A stretch of DNA of 64,000 nt, taken from positions 8,552-72,551 of the forward strand of contig DASVUX010000003.1 of assembly GCA_036386835.1 (NCBI GenBank). Direction: 5' to 3'. The notes under the pieces were generated by a model, which saw only the letters and a list, made by a program, of their open reading frames with translations, made no database searches and had not been told where the DNA came from. The position numbers were made by a program, and so were the translations under genes. Position 1 is the first letter of the stretch, and each line of letters begins with the position of its first letter. This DNA is from Bacteroidia bacterium. Lineage in GTDB: Bacteria; Bacteroidota; Bacteroidia; 2-12-FULL-35-15. Positions 47,482 through 57,491 of the stretch are shown here, one piece after another.

Positions 47482-47483
47482 GC

Positions 47484-48854
47484 TTACTTCGTCAACGCAT
47501 TGATCACATCATGACGCGTTATGATGTAAGTTTTATCAAGTTTAAAATCCTTTACAAGCACTGCGGGATTACTATCCGTAATCATTGCGGATAATGAATC
47601 AACCGGTGATGAAATGTCAACAAACGGGAATGCCGGCTGCATAATCGACTCCACCATATGGCTCTTTATATCGGGATTGGCAACTACTTTGGAATACATC
47701 AGGCTTTCATTCAATGAACCTATGAAGCGTCCGCCATTGGTGACAGGCACTTGTGAAATGTTCATTTTATTCATCAGCTTCACTGCATTCTCGATCGTAT
47801 CATTGCTTTCAACTGTGATCAGCTTGCCGTTTGTATTGTTATTCACAAGGTCTTTGGCAACAAGTCCTTTCTTGTCAAAATAACCTTTCTCGAGCATCCA
47901 CTCATCGTTGAACATCTTTCCTAAATAACGGGTTCCGTGATCATGAAAGATCACAACAACCACATCACTTTCTTTCAGCTCATCTTTTAGCTGAAGTAGT
48001 CCTGCAATTGCAGAACCAGCGGAGTTCCCTGCAAAGATCCCTTCGCGCTTTGTGATCTCGCGGGTCATCATGGCAGCATCTTTATCTGTTACCTTTTCAA
48101 AACGATCGATCACGTTGAAATCAACGTTTGCCGGTAAAAAATCCTCACCAATTCCTTCCGTAACATACGGATAGATCTCATTCTTATCAAAGATCCCGGT
48201 TTCTTTGTATTTTTTAAAAACCGAACCGTAGGTATCAATTCCCCATACTTTAATATCAGGATTTTTTTCCTTTAGAAATTTCCCTGTTCCGCAGATCGTT
48301 CCGCCTGTTCCGACACCAACAACAAGATGCGTGATTTTACCGTCTGTCTGGTCCCAGATCTCCGGGCCTGTCTGTTCGTAATGTGCCTGTGAATTGCTAA
48401 GGTTATCATACTGGTTTGGCTTCCATGCATTCGGAACTTCTTTAACCAGGCGGGATGAAACAGAATAATATGAACGCGGATCTTCAGGATCCACATCGGT
48501 AGGACAAACAATTACATCTGCCCCGAAGGCGCGCAATGCATCCACTTTTTCTTTTGACTGCTTATCAGTTGTAGTGAAGATACATTTGTATCCTTTGATG
48601 ATCGCTGCGATCGCAAGGCCCATCCCGGTATTCCCGCTGGTACCTTCAATAATGGTTCCGCCCGGTTTCAGCCGCCCGTCTTTTTCTGCATCCTCAACCA
48701 TTTTCAAAGCCATGCGGTCTTTAATGGAATTACCGGGATTGAAGGTTTCCACCTTAGCGTAAACGGTAGCTTTTACATCTTTGGTAATGTTATTTAAACG
48801 GACCATTGGAGTATTACCAATAGTTTCAAGGATATTATTGCAAATCTTTTTCAT
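47484..48854 (-). CDS. Cystathionine beta-synthase (PLP-dependent cysteine-synthase fold plus C-terminal CBS pair)
   Basis: N-terminal PLP fold (NPGNSIKDRMA, GTSGNTGMGLA, GVGTGGT), C-terminal tandem CBS domains. 456 aa. Confidence 0.85.
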   Translation of the reverse strand: MKKICNNILETIGNTPMVRLNNITKDVKATVYAKVETFNPGNSIKDRMALKMVEDAEKDGRLKPGGTIIEGTSGNTGMGLAIAAIIKGYKCIFTTTDKQSKEKVDALRAFGADVIVCPTDVDPEDPRSYYSVSSRLVKEVPNAWKPNQYDNLSNSQAHYEQTGPEIWDQTDGKITHLVVGVGTGGTICGTGKFLKEKNPDIKVWGIDTYGSVFKKYKETGIFDKNEIYPYVTEGIGEDFLPANVDFNVIDRFEKVTDKDAAMMTREITKREGIFAGNSAGSAIAGLLQLKDELKESDVVVVIFHDHGTRYLGKMFNDEWMLEKGYFDKKGLVAKDLVNNNTNGKLITVESNDTIENAVKLMNKMNISQVPVTNGGRFIGSLNESLMYSKVVANPDIKSHMVESIMQPAFPFVDISSPVDSLSAMITDSNPAVLVKDFKLDKTYIITRHDVINALTK

Positions 48855-49026
48855 AGGATACTAATACTAATTTTTACTATAATTACTAAGTCTGTGTATT
48901 TTATCTGTGCTGTTATTTCAAGCTGACCGGAAAACGTTTATCAGTATGAACCTGTGAAATGGGAAAATACCAATCTGTGTGTTTAGCGAGGCGTAAAAGT
49001 AAGGAAATTAAGGAAGAGTTCTATAA

Positions 49027-49034
49027 TAAATTTG
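49027..49034 (+). promoter_or_regulatory. Candidate -7 element TAAATTTG upstream of the RCC1-repeat gene
   Basis: ctataaTAAATTTGcc about 95 nt upstream of ATG 49129. Confidence 0.3.
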
Positions 49035-49128
49035 CCTGTAACAGGATATCTCTTTACATTCGTTTAAACTCAATCTTCCTTTATAAGAAATCTTAATACT
49101 TTTTGCGGAAGTACATTAAAATAAAACA

Positions 49129-52100
49129 ATGAAAAAAATATTTGCCTTACTCCTGTTTTCGGCATTGATCCTTAACTGTTTTAAAGCGGCTGCACAATTC
49201 AACCGCAGGGATACAAAAAAGAATTCCCCCTATAAAACGAACTATCAAAGAGTTTCTGCAGGATGCTTTTCAGCCTATACACTTGAAATACGGCAAGGAA
49301 CGCTTTGGTCCTGGGGATTTAATTATTGGGGCCAATTAGGAGATGGCACTACAACTGAAAGACACAGTCCTGTTCAGATTGGCACTGACAATAAATGGGT
49401 AAATATCTCGATGGGCCAGGCATTTAGTTTTGGATTAAAGTCCGATGGAACTCTTTGGGCATGGGGCCGGAATGAATACGGACATTTGGGGGACGGGACA
49501 GTTATTAACCGGCATAGCCCGGTTCAGGTGGGCAGCGATAATAAGTGGATAAGTATTTCTTCCGGTACCAGTCACTGTCTTGGTATAAAATCAGATGGTA
49601 CATTATGGTCCTGGGGATTAAATCTGAGCGGACAGGTTGGTGATGGTTCTACTACCGAACGCCATAACCCGGTGCAAATAGGGACCGCAAACAACTGGAC
49701 ATCTGTTTTTGGTGGCGGGGACCGGTCGTTTGCACTGAAATCTGACGGCACACTCTGGGCATGGGGAGAGAACTATTGGGGCCAGCTGGGAGACGGCACG
49801 AATGCGGATAAAACAAGCCCTGTACAAATTGGAACCGACACGAAATGGACAAGAATTTCCAATGGTAACACACACACATTAGGATTAAAATCTGATGGTA
49901 CCCTTTGGGCATGGGGATATAATATTACCGGAGCCCTGGGTGACGGCACAACTACAAATAGAAATAATCCGGTACAAATCGGAACTGCTAACAATTGGGT
50001 AGATGTTTCTGCCGGCTGGGGACATAGCCTCGCTTTAAAATCGGATGGCAGTCTTTGGTCATGGGGATATAATGCCAGCGGGGAATTGGGAAATGGAACC
50101 GGACCCGGAATCAATGCACCTGCCAGGGTGGGCACTGATAATAATTGGGTAACTATAACAACCGGCCATAGCTATAGTCTGGGTTCAAAATCAAATGGCA
50201 CACTCTGGGCATGGGGGGATAACAGCAATGGTCAACTGGGTGATGGGACAATCATTAACAGGTCTACCCCTGTGCAAATAAGTATTGTTCCAAATGCATG
50301 GGTAACTGTTGATGGAGGCGGTTCCCATACGCTGGGAGTAAAATCCAATGGCAGCTTATGGTCCTGGGGAAATAATAATTCCTGGCAATCAGGAGATGCA
50401 ATATATACTCAAAGAAGTTTTCTTATTCAAATAGGAACTGATCTGAATTGGGTCGGAATAAAAGGTGGCAAAAATCATAGTCTCGGTCTACAATCAGATG
50501 GTAGTCTTTGGGCATGGGGAAATAATTCATATGGTCAGTTAGGAGTCGGAGATACATTATCCAGGACTAACCCGGTTCAAGTCGGAACTGAACAAAGCTG
50601 GAGCAGTATTGCTGCCGGAGAAAATCATTCGCTTGGCTTAAAAGCTAATGGCACTCTCTGGTCCTGGGGGGATAATACTTATGGTCAATTAGGGGATGCT
50701 ACCACAACGACCAGAACAAGTCCCGTACAAGTAGGAACTGATAATAAATGGATAAGTATAGCCACCGGATCGTATCATAGTTTGGGTTTAAAAGCAAACG
50801 GAACCCTTTGGGCATGGGGAAATAATTCAGGCGGACAATTAGGGAATGGAACTGTGATAAATGAACTCACGCCTGTCCAGGTGGGTATTGAAAATAAATG
50901 GATAAGTATTGCTTCAGATTCTGTGCATACCCTGGGAATGAAATCAGATGGTACAATATGGGCATGGGGAAATAATAATCTCGGGCAATTAGGGGACGGT
51001 ACTACACTAATGAGAACAAGCCCTCTGCAAATCGGAACAGATACAAAATGGCTGCTTATCGAAACAGGTAATTTTCATTCTTTAGGCCTGCAATCCGATG
51101 GTAACTTATGGACATGGGGAGGCAATGGAAAAGGAGAATTAGGGGATGGTACCTACATTTTCAAGACCAGCCCTGCACAAATAGGAACAAACAATGATTG
51201 GGTCGCACTAGCCGGAGGCGGACACCATACTATTGCCCTGAAATCGGAGAGGAATCAATTTTGTTCAACGGGATTTAATTCAAACGGTCAATTAGGTGAT
51301 GGCACCCTTGTAAACAAAAACACCTTGGTATGCAATACAAATTGTTATCCACCACCCCCGCCATTAAATACAACCCCGGCAGCCAGTTTAACTATTTGCA
51401 GCGGAAACAGCATAACGTTAACTGCCACCGGATCAGGCACCCTGCGTTGGTATAACTCCGCTGTGGCCGGAACCCCTGTTGGAACAGGAGGATCTTATAC
51501 GACACCGGTGTTAACAGCAAGTACCACTTATTACGTGGAAGATAGTACAGGGGTACCGAGCTTGGTCAGAACAGCAATAGCAGTTACTGTTAATCCGGCT
51601 CCGCCAATACCCACTATAAGTTTAAGCGGACCCGCTGTTTTCTGTGATGGAAATTCGGTAATACTTACTTCAAGTAGTTCTGCTGCTTATTTATGGAGTA
51701 ATGGAGCAACTACCCAAAGCATTACTATAACCTCCTCAACAAATGATTCCGTCAGAATCACTGATGCAAACGGCTGCTCTTCAACTTCAGCCCCTGTAGC
51801 CATAACCGTTAATCCCAACCCAAATGTCATTATTACTCCTGATGGGCCAACTGCTTTCTGCATCGGAGGAAACGTAACGCTTGATGCAGGGAGTGGATTT
51901 GTAACCTATCAATGGGCAAGCGGTCCCACTTCGCAAATGATCACCTTGTCCTATACAACCCATGATTCGGTTACTGTTACTGATATAAATGGCTGTTCTT
52001 CCTCTGCATCCATTAATGTTATATCAAGCCCGGTGCCTGTGCTCATCATTAATGATCCTGCTGAAATTTGTTCTTCCGGTTTTATAAACATCTCTTCTCC

Positions 52101-53283
52101 GGCCATCACTGCAGGAAGCTCGGGTGGAACTTTGAGCTATTGGCAGGACCAGGGTGCAACAATTCCCCTAAACCCTTCTTTTTACACTGCTGCAGACACC
52201 AGTGGAACCTACTATATTCAATTGAGTAATCCGGGGTGTTCAGTAATCCAACCGGTAAATATCCTGATCAATAACAATTGTGTCTGGCCCGGAGACGCTA
52301 ACCACGACTCCATCGTAAACAATTCTGATCTTCTGCCGATAGGTCTCCATTATTCCCAGGCGGGAGCTCCACGGGCAAGCGTAAGCAACTTATGGCAGGA
52401 TTATATTTCTGCAAACTGGGGCACATCACAAATTAACGGTTCAGATATTAAACATGCAGACTGTAATGGAGATGGCCTTATTGACAACAGTGATACGCTG
52501 GCCGTCAATCTTAATTTCAGCTCTACGCATGCAATTGTAGTTAACAATCATGATATTGAGCGACTGACTGATCCTGAGATCCATTTTGTTACAAACAGCA
52601 ATATCTATAATGCAGGCGATTGGATAGACATCGAAGTTCATACAGGAAGATCCGCAATCCCGGTTACTGAATTGTATGGACTTGCATTCAATATTTATTA
52701 TGATGCTTCATTAGTAGAACCCGGAACTGAAAGCCTCACATATCCTGCGGGCTGGTTGGGAACTCCTGCAACAAACTTGATCACAATTTCCAGGATCGAA
52801 CCTTTTGCTTCGACTGCTTTCGGTGGCATCACACGCATTGATCACCTGAACCAAAGCGGCTATGGAGAGATCGCAAACTTAAGGTTCCAGGCGGCTAGCT
52901 CAATCACTTCCCCGGTAGTGCTGCATTTTGCAATTTCAGGCTATACAGCCAATGATTCTGCAGGATCCCCACTGGTATTCAATACGGCTGATGATTCAAT
53001 TACTATCACTCCCCTAGCAACGGATATTACAGAAAAAGCAAATAGCCCTTCCGTTTTAGTTCATCCTAACCCTTTTAGTGAAGAAACAACAATTTCATTT
53101 ACTGAAGAACAAAAGAACTGTATTGTAAGAATAATGGATGTGCTCGGGAAAGAAACAAGAACCATCAGATTTTCAGGTAAGAAATTAGTAATTCAAAAAG
53201 AGGAAATGCTGAGGGGAATCTATTTTGTGGAGATCACATGCGGGAATGAGAATGTGATCAATAAGAAGATTGTCGTACAGTAA
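49129..53283 (+). CDS. RCC1-repeat beta-propeller protein with Ig-like, dockerin-like and cohesin-like modules and a T9SS C-terminal sorting domain
   Basis: About 20 copies of a ~53-aa RCC1 repeat (GDGT...R..PVQIG....W..I..G..HSLGLKSDGTLWAWG.N..GQLGDGT). Ig-like domains. Dockerin-like Ca-binding repeats (GDANHDSIVNNSDL, DCNGDGLIDNSD). Cohesin-like segment. C-terminal VHPNPFSEETTISF...GIYFVEI CTD. Confidence 0.85.
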   Translation: MKKIFALLLFSALILNCFKAAAQFNRRDTKKNSPYKTNYQRVSAGCFSAYTLEIRQGTLWSWGFNYWGQLGDGTTTERHSPVQIGTDNKWVNISMGQAFSFGLKSDGTLWAWGRNEYGHLGDGTVINRHSPVQVGSDNKWISISSGTSHCLGIKSDGTLWSWGLNLSGQVGDGSTTERHNPVQIGTANNWTSVFGGGDRSFALKSDGTLWAWGENYWGQLGDGTNADKTSPVQIGTDTKWTRISNGNTHTLGLKSDGTLWAWGYNITGALGDGTTTNRNNPVQIGTANNWVDVSAGWGHSLALKSDGSLWSWGYNASGELGNGTGPGINAPARVGTDNNWVTITTGHSYSLGSKSNGTLWAWGDNSNGQLGDGTIINRSTPVQISIVPNAWVTVDGGGSHTLGVKSNGSLWSWGNNNSWQSGDAIYTQRSFLIQIGTDLNWVGIKGGKNHSLGLQSDGSLWAWGNNSYGQLGVGDTLSRTNPVQVGTEQSWSSIAAGENHSLGLKANGTLWSWGDNTYGQLGDATTTTRTSPVQVGTDNKWISIATGSYHSLGLKANGTLWAWGNNSGGQLGNGTVINELTPVQVGIENKWISIASDSVHTLGMKSDGTIWAWGNNNLGQLGDGTTLMRTSPLQIGTDTKWLLIETGNFHSLGLQSDGNLWTWGGNGKGELGDGTYIFKTSPAQIGTNNDWVALAGGGHHTIALKSERNQFCSTGFNSNGQLGDGTLVNKNTLVCNTNCYPPPPPLNTTPAASLTICSGNSITLTATGSGTLRWYNSAVAGTPVGTGGSYTTPVLTASTTYYVEDSTGVPSLVRTAIAVTVNPAPPIPTISLSGPAVFCDGNSVILTSSSSAAYLWSNGATTQSITITSSTNDSVRITDANGCSSTSAPVAITVNPNPNVIITPDGPTAFCIGGNVTLDAGSGFVTYQWASGPTSQMITLSYTTHDSVTVTDINGCSSSASINVISSPVPVLIINDPAEICSSGFINISSPAITAGSSGGTLSYWQDQGATIPLNPSFYTAADTSGTYYIQLSNPGCSVIQPVNILINNNCVWPGDANHDSIVNNSDLLPIGLHYSQAGAPRASVSNLWQDYISANWGTSQINGSDIKHADCNGDGLIDNSDTLAVNLNFSSTHAIVVNNHDIERLTDPEIHFVTNSNIYNAGDWIDIEVHTGRSAIPVTELYGLAFNIYYDASLVEPGTESLTYPAGWLGTPATNLITISRIEPFASTAFGGITRIDHLNQSGYGEIANLRFQAASSITSPVVLHFAISGYTANDSAGSPLVFNTADDSITITPLATDITEKANSPSVLVHPNPFSEETTISFTEEQKNCIVRIMDVLGKETRTIRFSGKKLVIQKEEMLRGIYFVEITCGNENVINKKIVVQ

Positions 53284-53313
53284 ACACAAACCCTGATTAA
53301 TAAATGATTCGTG

Positions 53314-54567
53314 TTAACTGAACCGTATCGCCTTTACCGGGGTGATCTTTGAAACGATAAAGCTTGGGATCAGCAGCATAAGCACACACGATATAACTGT
53401 TCCGGCATTCAATAAAATAATATTTACCGGGTCAAGTTCCACAGGGACTACCGATACATAATAAGTTTTGGGATCAAGTGTAAACAAACCGAATTGATGC
53501 TGCAGAAGCGCAATCCCGATCCCAAGCAGGTTCCCCCAGAACAGTCCTTTGCCGACAAGATACATTGCGTTGTAAAGGAAAATCTTCTGAATGCTCTGGT
53601 TAGCAGCTCCCAGGGCTTTTAAAATCCCGATCATATTGGTACGTTCCAGAATAAGGATCAGCAGGGCAGAGATCATGTTGATTCCTCCCACCAGCAACAT
53701 CAGGGTGATGACGATCATCGCGTTCACATCCTGCAGATCAAGCCATGAGAATACCGTTGGGTTAGTTTCTTTAATAGTTTGTGCAATATAACCCTGCCCG
53801 GTTAACGCATTCACCTCAGCTCCGAGCTCATCAATGTTATCATAATCATTCAACGCGATCTCAAATCCCCCTACCTGGTCTTCTGTCCAGTAGTTGAGTT
53901 TCCGGATCTGCCGGATATCTACAAGAACAAGCTTTTTATCAATGTCTTCATAACCTGTATCATAGATCCCTGAGACAAAAAATGTTTTTACCCTCTGCTC
54001 ATAACTTACAATTTCAGCACTATCCGTTTTTTTGATCAGGAAATAAATGACCATTTTGTCATTCACTTTCAATTCCAGCTTATCGGCCAGCAGCTGTGAA
54101 ATGACAATACTTTTGGATAAGCCTGTATCGCTCACTGCGAAAGCCTTACCAGTCTTTATACTCTTATTGATAAACTCCCAGTCGAAATCTGCACCAATGC
54201 CTTTCAGCATCACCCCCTCATTATCCGTCCGGGTTTTTATGATCCCGCTTTTGGTAGCGTACGACTGGATATGCTTTACCTGGGGAATCTCTTTAAGGTC
54301 TTTTATAAAATCCGCTTTGCCATCAATAGGCTGGGGCTCATCGCTTATATTATTATCATAATTCGTGATCTGTATGTGCGAACCGAAACCGATCAGCTTG
54401 TTACGGATCTCTTTCTGAAAACCGGTAACCACGCAAACAGTAAGTATCATCAGCGCTATCCCCAATGCAATCCCCAGGACCGAAACCTTCATAATAGGGC
54501 GCGATAATTGATTGCTGCCGGCCGTGCCGAAAATAATGCGTTTCGCTATGAAGCTTTCTATGCTCAA
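53314..54567 (-). CDS. FtsX-like ABC transporter permease (LolE/MacB-type)
   Basis: 417 aa. N-terminal TM, large periplasmic domain, three C-terminal TM helices. N-terminus MSIESFIAKRII typical of LolC/E. Confidence 0.8.
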   Translation of the reverse strand: MSIESFIAKRIIFGTAGSNQLSRPIMKVSVLGIALGIALMILTVCVVTGFQKEIRNKLIGFGSHIQITNYDNNISDEPQPIDGKADFIKDLKEIPQVKHIQSYATKSGIIKTRTDNEGVMLKGIGADFDWEFINKSIKTGKAFAVSDTGLSKSIVISQLLADKLELKVNDKMVIYFLIKKTDSAEIVSYEQRVKTFFVSGIYDTGYEDIDKKLVLVDIRQIRKLNYWTEDQVGGFEIALNDYDNIDELGAEVNALTGQGYIAQTIKETNPTVFSWLDLQDVNAMIVITLMLLVGGINMISALLILILERTNMIGILKALGAANQSIQKIFLYNAMYLVGKGLFWGNLLGIGIALLQHQFGLFTLDPKTYYVSVVPVELDPVNIILLNAGTVISCVLMLLIPSFIVSKITPVKAIRFS

Positions 54568-54619
54568 ATTTTACGTAGCTTTGATGCTATAATTTATACC
54601 GACAAAAGTACTATTTTAA

Positions 54620-55831
54620 ATGAAGATGAATAAACTATATACCTTCCTGCTTTTAACATTGCTCGGCTCAGCTGCAAGTTCACAAGGACTTGTGCCTGTA
54701 GGGAACACAAGCAAAACAGGCAGGGATATTAAAATGGGGGCTGACCGCACAGCGGAATATCTTCCTTTATTAAAAGGCAGGGCAGTAGCTGTTGTTGCGA
54801 ATCAATCTTCAAACATAAAGGAAACACACCTGGTGGATACTCTTTTAAAACTCGGTGTGAATATTAAAAAAGTCTTTTGCCCGGAACATGGCTTCCGCGG
54901 CCTTGTTGACGCTGGTGAAAAGGTGAAGACGGAAAAAGACGGAAAAACCGGGTTACCGATTATCTCTCTTTACGGAAAAAACAAGAAGCCCGCCCCTGAA
55001 CAGCTGAAAGATATTGATGTTGTTATTTTCGATATACAGGATGTTGGCGTTCGTTTCTATACTTACCTCTCCACATTGCATTATGTTATGGAAGCCTGTG
55101 CAGAAAATAAGAAAAAAGTGATTGTGCTTGACCGCCCGAACCCGAATGGATACTACGTGGACGGCCCGATACTTGAAGATGCATGGAAATCGTTTCTTGG
55201 CCTTCATCCGGTTCCCATTGTTTACGGCCTCACCATTGGTGAATATGCTCAGATGATCAATGGCGAGGGCTGGCTCAAAGGAAAGATCAAATGCGATTTA
55301 CAGGTGATAACACTGGAAGGTTATGATCATGATGATCTTTATGAGCTGCCTGTAAAACCTTCGCCAAACCTCCCGAACATGTCAGCCGTTTATTTATACC
55401 CAAGCCTGGGGCTTTTTGAAGGATCTGTGGTTTCGGTTGGAAGGGGAACTGATCATCCTTTCCAGGTAATCGGACATCCTGAACTGCAAAAAGGCACGTA
55501 CACATTCACCCCTGAACCACGTCCGGGAGCTGCAGAGCCAAAATACAAAGGGCAGGAATGCAAAGGTTATGACCTGAGGGATTTTGGCAATGAGTACATG
55601 AAAGACCTGAAAAAGATCTACCTGTTCTGGCTCATTGGAACGTATGAAAACACTCCTGATAAGACTGTTTTCTTTGATGAGAATTTTAATTATCATGCGG
55701 GGAATGCAACACTCCAAAAGCAGATCAAAGAAGGAAAAAGCGAAGCGGAAATCAGGGAAAGCTGGAAGGAAGGATTGAATAAATTTAAACCGGTAAGGAA
55801 GAAGTATTTGTTATATAAAGATTTCGAATAA
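54620..55831 (+). CDS. DUF1343 family protein (exo-beta-N-acetylmuramidase NamZ-like)
   Basis: Signal peptide; conserved DUF1343 blocks (VFDIQDVGVRFYTY, LTIGEYAQMINGEGWL). Confidence 0.65.
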   Translation: MKMNKLYTFLLLTLLGSAASSQGLVPVGNTSKTGRDIKMGADRTAEYLPLLKGRAVAVVANQSSNIKETHLVDTLLKLGVNIKKVFCPEHGFRGLVDAGEKVKTEKDGKTGLPIISLYGKNKKPAPEQLKDIDVVIFDIQDVGVRFYTYLSTLHYVMEACAENKKKVIVLDRPNPNGYYVDGPILEDAWKSFLGLHPVPIVYGLTIGEYAQMINGEGWLKGKIKCDLQVITLEGYDHDDLYELPVKPSPNLPNMSAVYLYPSLGLFEGSVVSVGRGTDHPFQVIGHPELQKGTYTFTPEPRPGAAEPKYKGQECKGYDLRDFGNEYMKDLKKIYLFWLIGTYENTPDKTVFFDENFNYHAGNATLQKQIKEGKSEAEIRESWKEGLNKFKPVRKKYLLYKDFE

Positions 55832-55931
55832 ACTCCCCGCTCTTTTTCTCTCACCTGCTTCAGGCAATATTCCTGATAACACCCTCAAGATCCACGGTTT
55901 GATAATTCTACGAGTTGGGCTAATTAATAAA

Positions 55932-55966
55932 AAGCAAAAGAGAGACATAAATGCCTCTCTCTTGTT
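55932..55966. terminator. Possible bidirectional terminator hairpin
   Basis: agagaga-cataaatgcc-tctctct; weak T tract. Confidence 0.3.
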
Positions 55967-56024
55967 ATGGCCGTGAGAATTTTCCAATTAACCCGGCTAT
56001 GTTGTTCAAGCAATACTCAAATGT

Positions 56025-56444
56025 TTAGCAGCGTGACGGGATCAGGCACTTTTCAACTGCAGCACGGATGTGCGAAAATGCAAACCGGTCTTTCATTACG
56101 TAATCATAAGCACCATATCTTAATGCTTTAACGGCTGAAGCCATATCTTTTTCATCGGACATCATGATGACGATAGTTTCAGGGCTGATCTCCTTGATTT
56201 TATCTACAGTATAGGTATTTTGTCCTTCGTTAGTCCTTTTATTCAGCTTATAATCAAGCACTACAATTCCCGGTTTGTTCTCTTTCCTGATCTTATTGAT
56301 GCATTCTTCTTTTGAAACAAAGGCTTCCACTTTTACATTCTTATCAAATGAGCTTTCAAGGGAATTCTTAAGTGATTCAGCATATAGCTGGTTATCTGCT
56401 GCCACGAATAGGTTATAATAATTGTCTATATTTTGCATGATCAT
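56025..56444 (-). CDS. Single-domain response regulator (receiver domain)
   Basis: CheY-like fold with phospho-acceptor Asp in IVVLDYKL and conserved Lys in YVMKD. Confidence 0.65.
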   Translation of the reverse strand: MIMQNIDNYYNLFVAADNQLYAESLKNSLESSFDKNVKVEAFVSKEECINKIRKENKPGIVVLDYKLNKRTNEGQNTYTVDKIKEISPETIVIMMSDEKDMASAVKALRYGAYDYVMKDRFAFSHIRAAVEKCLIPSRC

Positions 56445-56582
56445 GTCTTAGTTTGTTTGTTTAGGTCATTTTCACAATTAAAATTTAATGCCTGCACATT
56501 TTTCCAGCCGATTGCGGAAATAATTCCCCAAACGACCTGTGTAATTTTTATTTAAATTGCTGCACATAAACTTAAGATCCCT

Positions 56583-57089
56583 ATGAAAAAATTGTTCCTG
56601 ATTTGCGGCTTAGCATGTTCCTTTGTCCTTGGATTTGCCCTGAACAGCTATATAAAACCAGCCAAGGATGAAGAATCCAGGAAAGTGACCGGCATTGGCG
56701 GGATCTTTTTCAAATGCAAAGATCCCAAACAAATCAAGGAATGGTACCAGTTGCACCTGGGGCTGAAAATGGATGCTTACGGCACCAGCTTCGAGTGGCG
56801 CGAGGGAACGGACAGTTCAAAATACGGCTTTACCCAATGGGGTGCTTTTAATGAAAAAACAAAATACTTCCTGCCCTCCACTAAAGAATTCATGATCAAT
56901 TACCGCGTTACCGATCTTAAGCGTCTCGCAGAAATGCTGAAGGCAGAAGGTGTAACCATTACTGACACTATTGAAACCGTTGAATACGGGAAATTCCTTC
57001 ATATAATGGATCCGGAAGGGAACAAAATTGAATTATGGGAACCCGTTGATGCAGAATACAATAAGATTGTAAAAGGAAGGACTAAATAA
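56583..57089 (+). CDS. VOC (glyoxalase/bleomycin-resistance fold) family protein with N-terminal signal/anchor
   Basis: GIGGIFFKCKD ... HIMDPEGNKIELWEP typical of the VOC beta-alpha-beta-beta-beta module. Confidence 0.6.
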   Translation: MKKLFLICGLACSFVLGFALNSYIKPAKDEESRKVTGIGGIFFKCKDPKQIKEWYQLHLGLKMDAYGTSFEWREGTDSSKYGFTQWGAFNEKTKYFLPSTKEFMINYRVTDLKRLAEMLKAEGVTITDTIETVEYGKFLHIMDPEGNKIELWEPVDAEYNKIVKGRTK

Positions 57090-57491
57090 TCAGCCGCCTG
57101 TCACTTACTGCCTCATAAACGCCCCGGTGCCCCGGAAATTTTCCCTTATTTTCTCGAACTGGAAAAATTCGGGGAACTTCACCTCTCATGACAAATGTGA
57201 ATAAAACCGGGACCGATGCTTATTTCATACAGGAGAAGGTCAGGCTTTACAAAAGGCTTCAGGATATCTATTAATAAAGGAAACTTAAAAAGGCAGTAAT
57301 TTTTGACCCTCTCCTTTAATGTCCTGGCAAGGCGTTCAATGTTATTAACAGTATTAACAATTACAATTCTACCACCTATCAAGCCCCACAGCTGATATTA
57401 ACACCACACTGTTAATTAAATAACTCTTTCAGGGTTGGAGGCTTTTTTATCCGCTCTACTTTTGCTGTGTTATAACAAACCTATAACTCAC

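Noticed and set aside
49618-50135. Three minus-strand ORFs inside the RCC1-repeat gene
   Set aside because: Antisense to a strongly supported 1384-aa CDS; repetitive codon periodicity of the RCC1 repeats creates long open antisense frames.
57179-57382. 67-aa minus-strand ORF in the long intergenic region
   Set aside because: No recognisable protein features or promoter motif; it overlaps the inverted-repeat structure; more likely non-coding.
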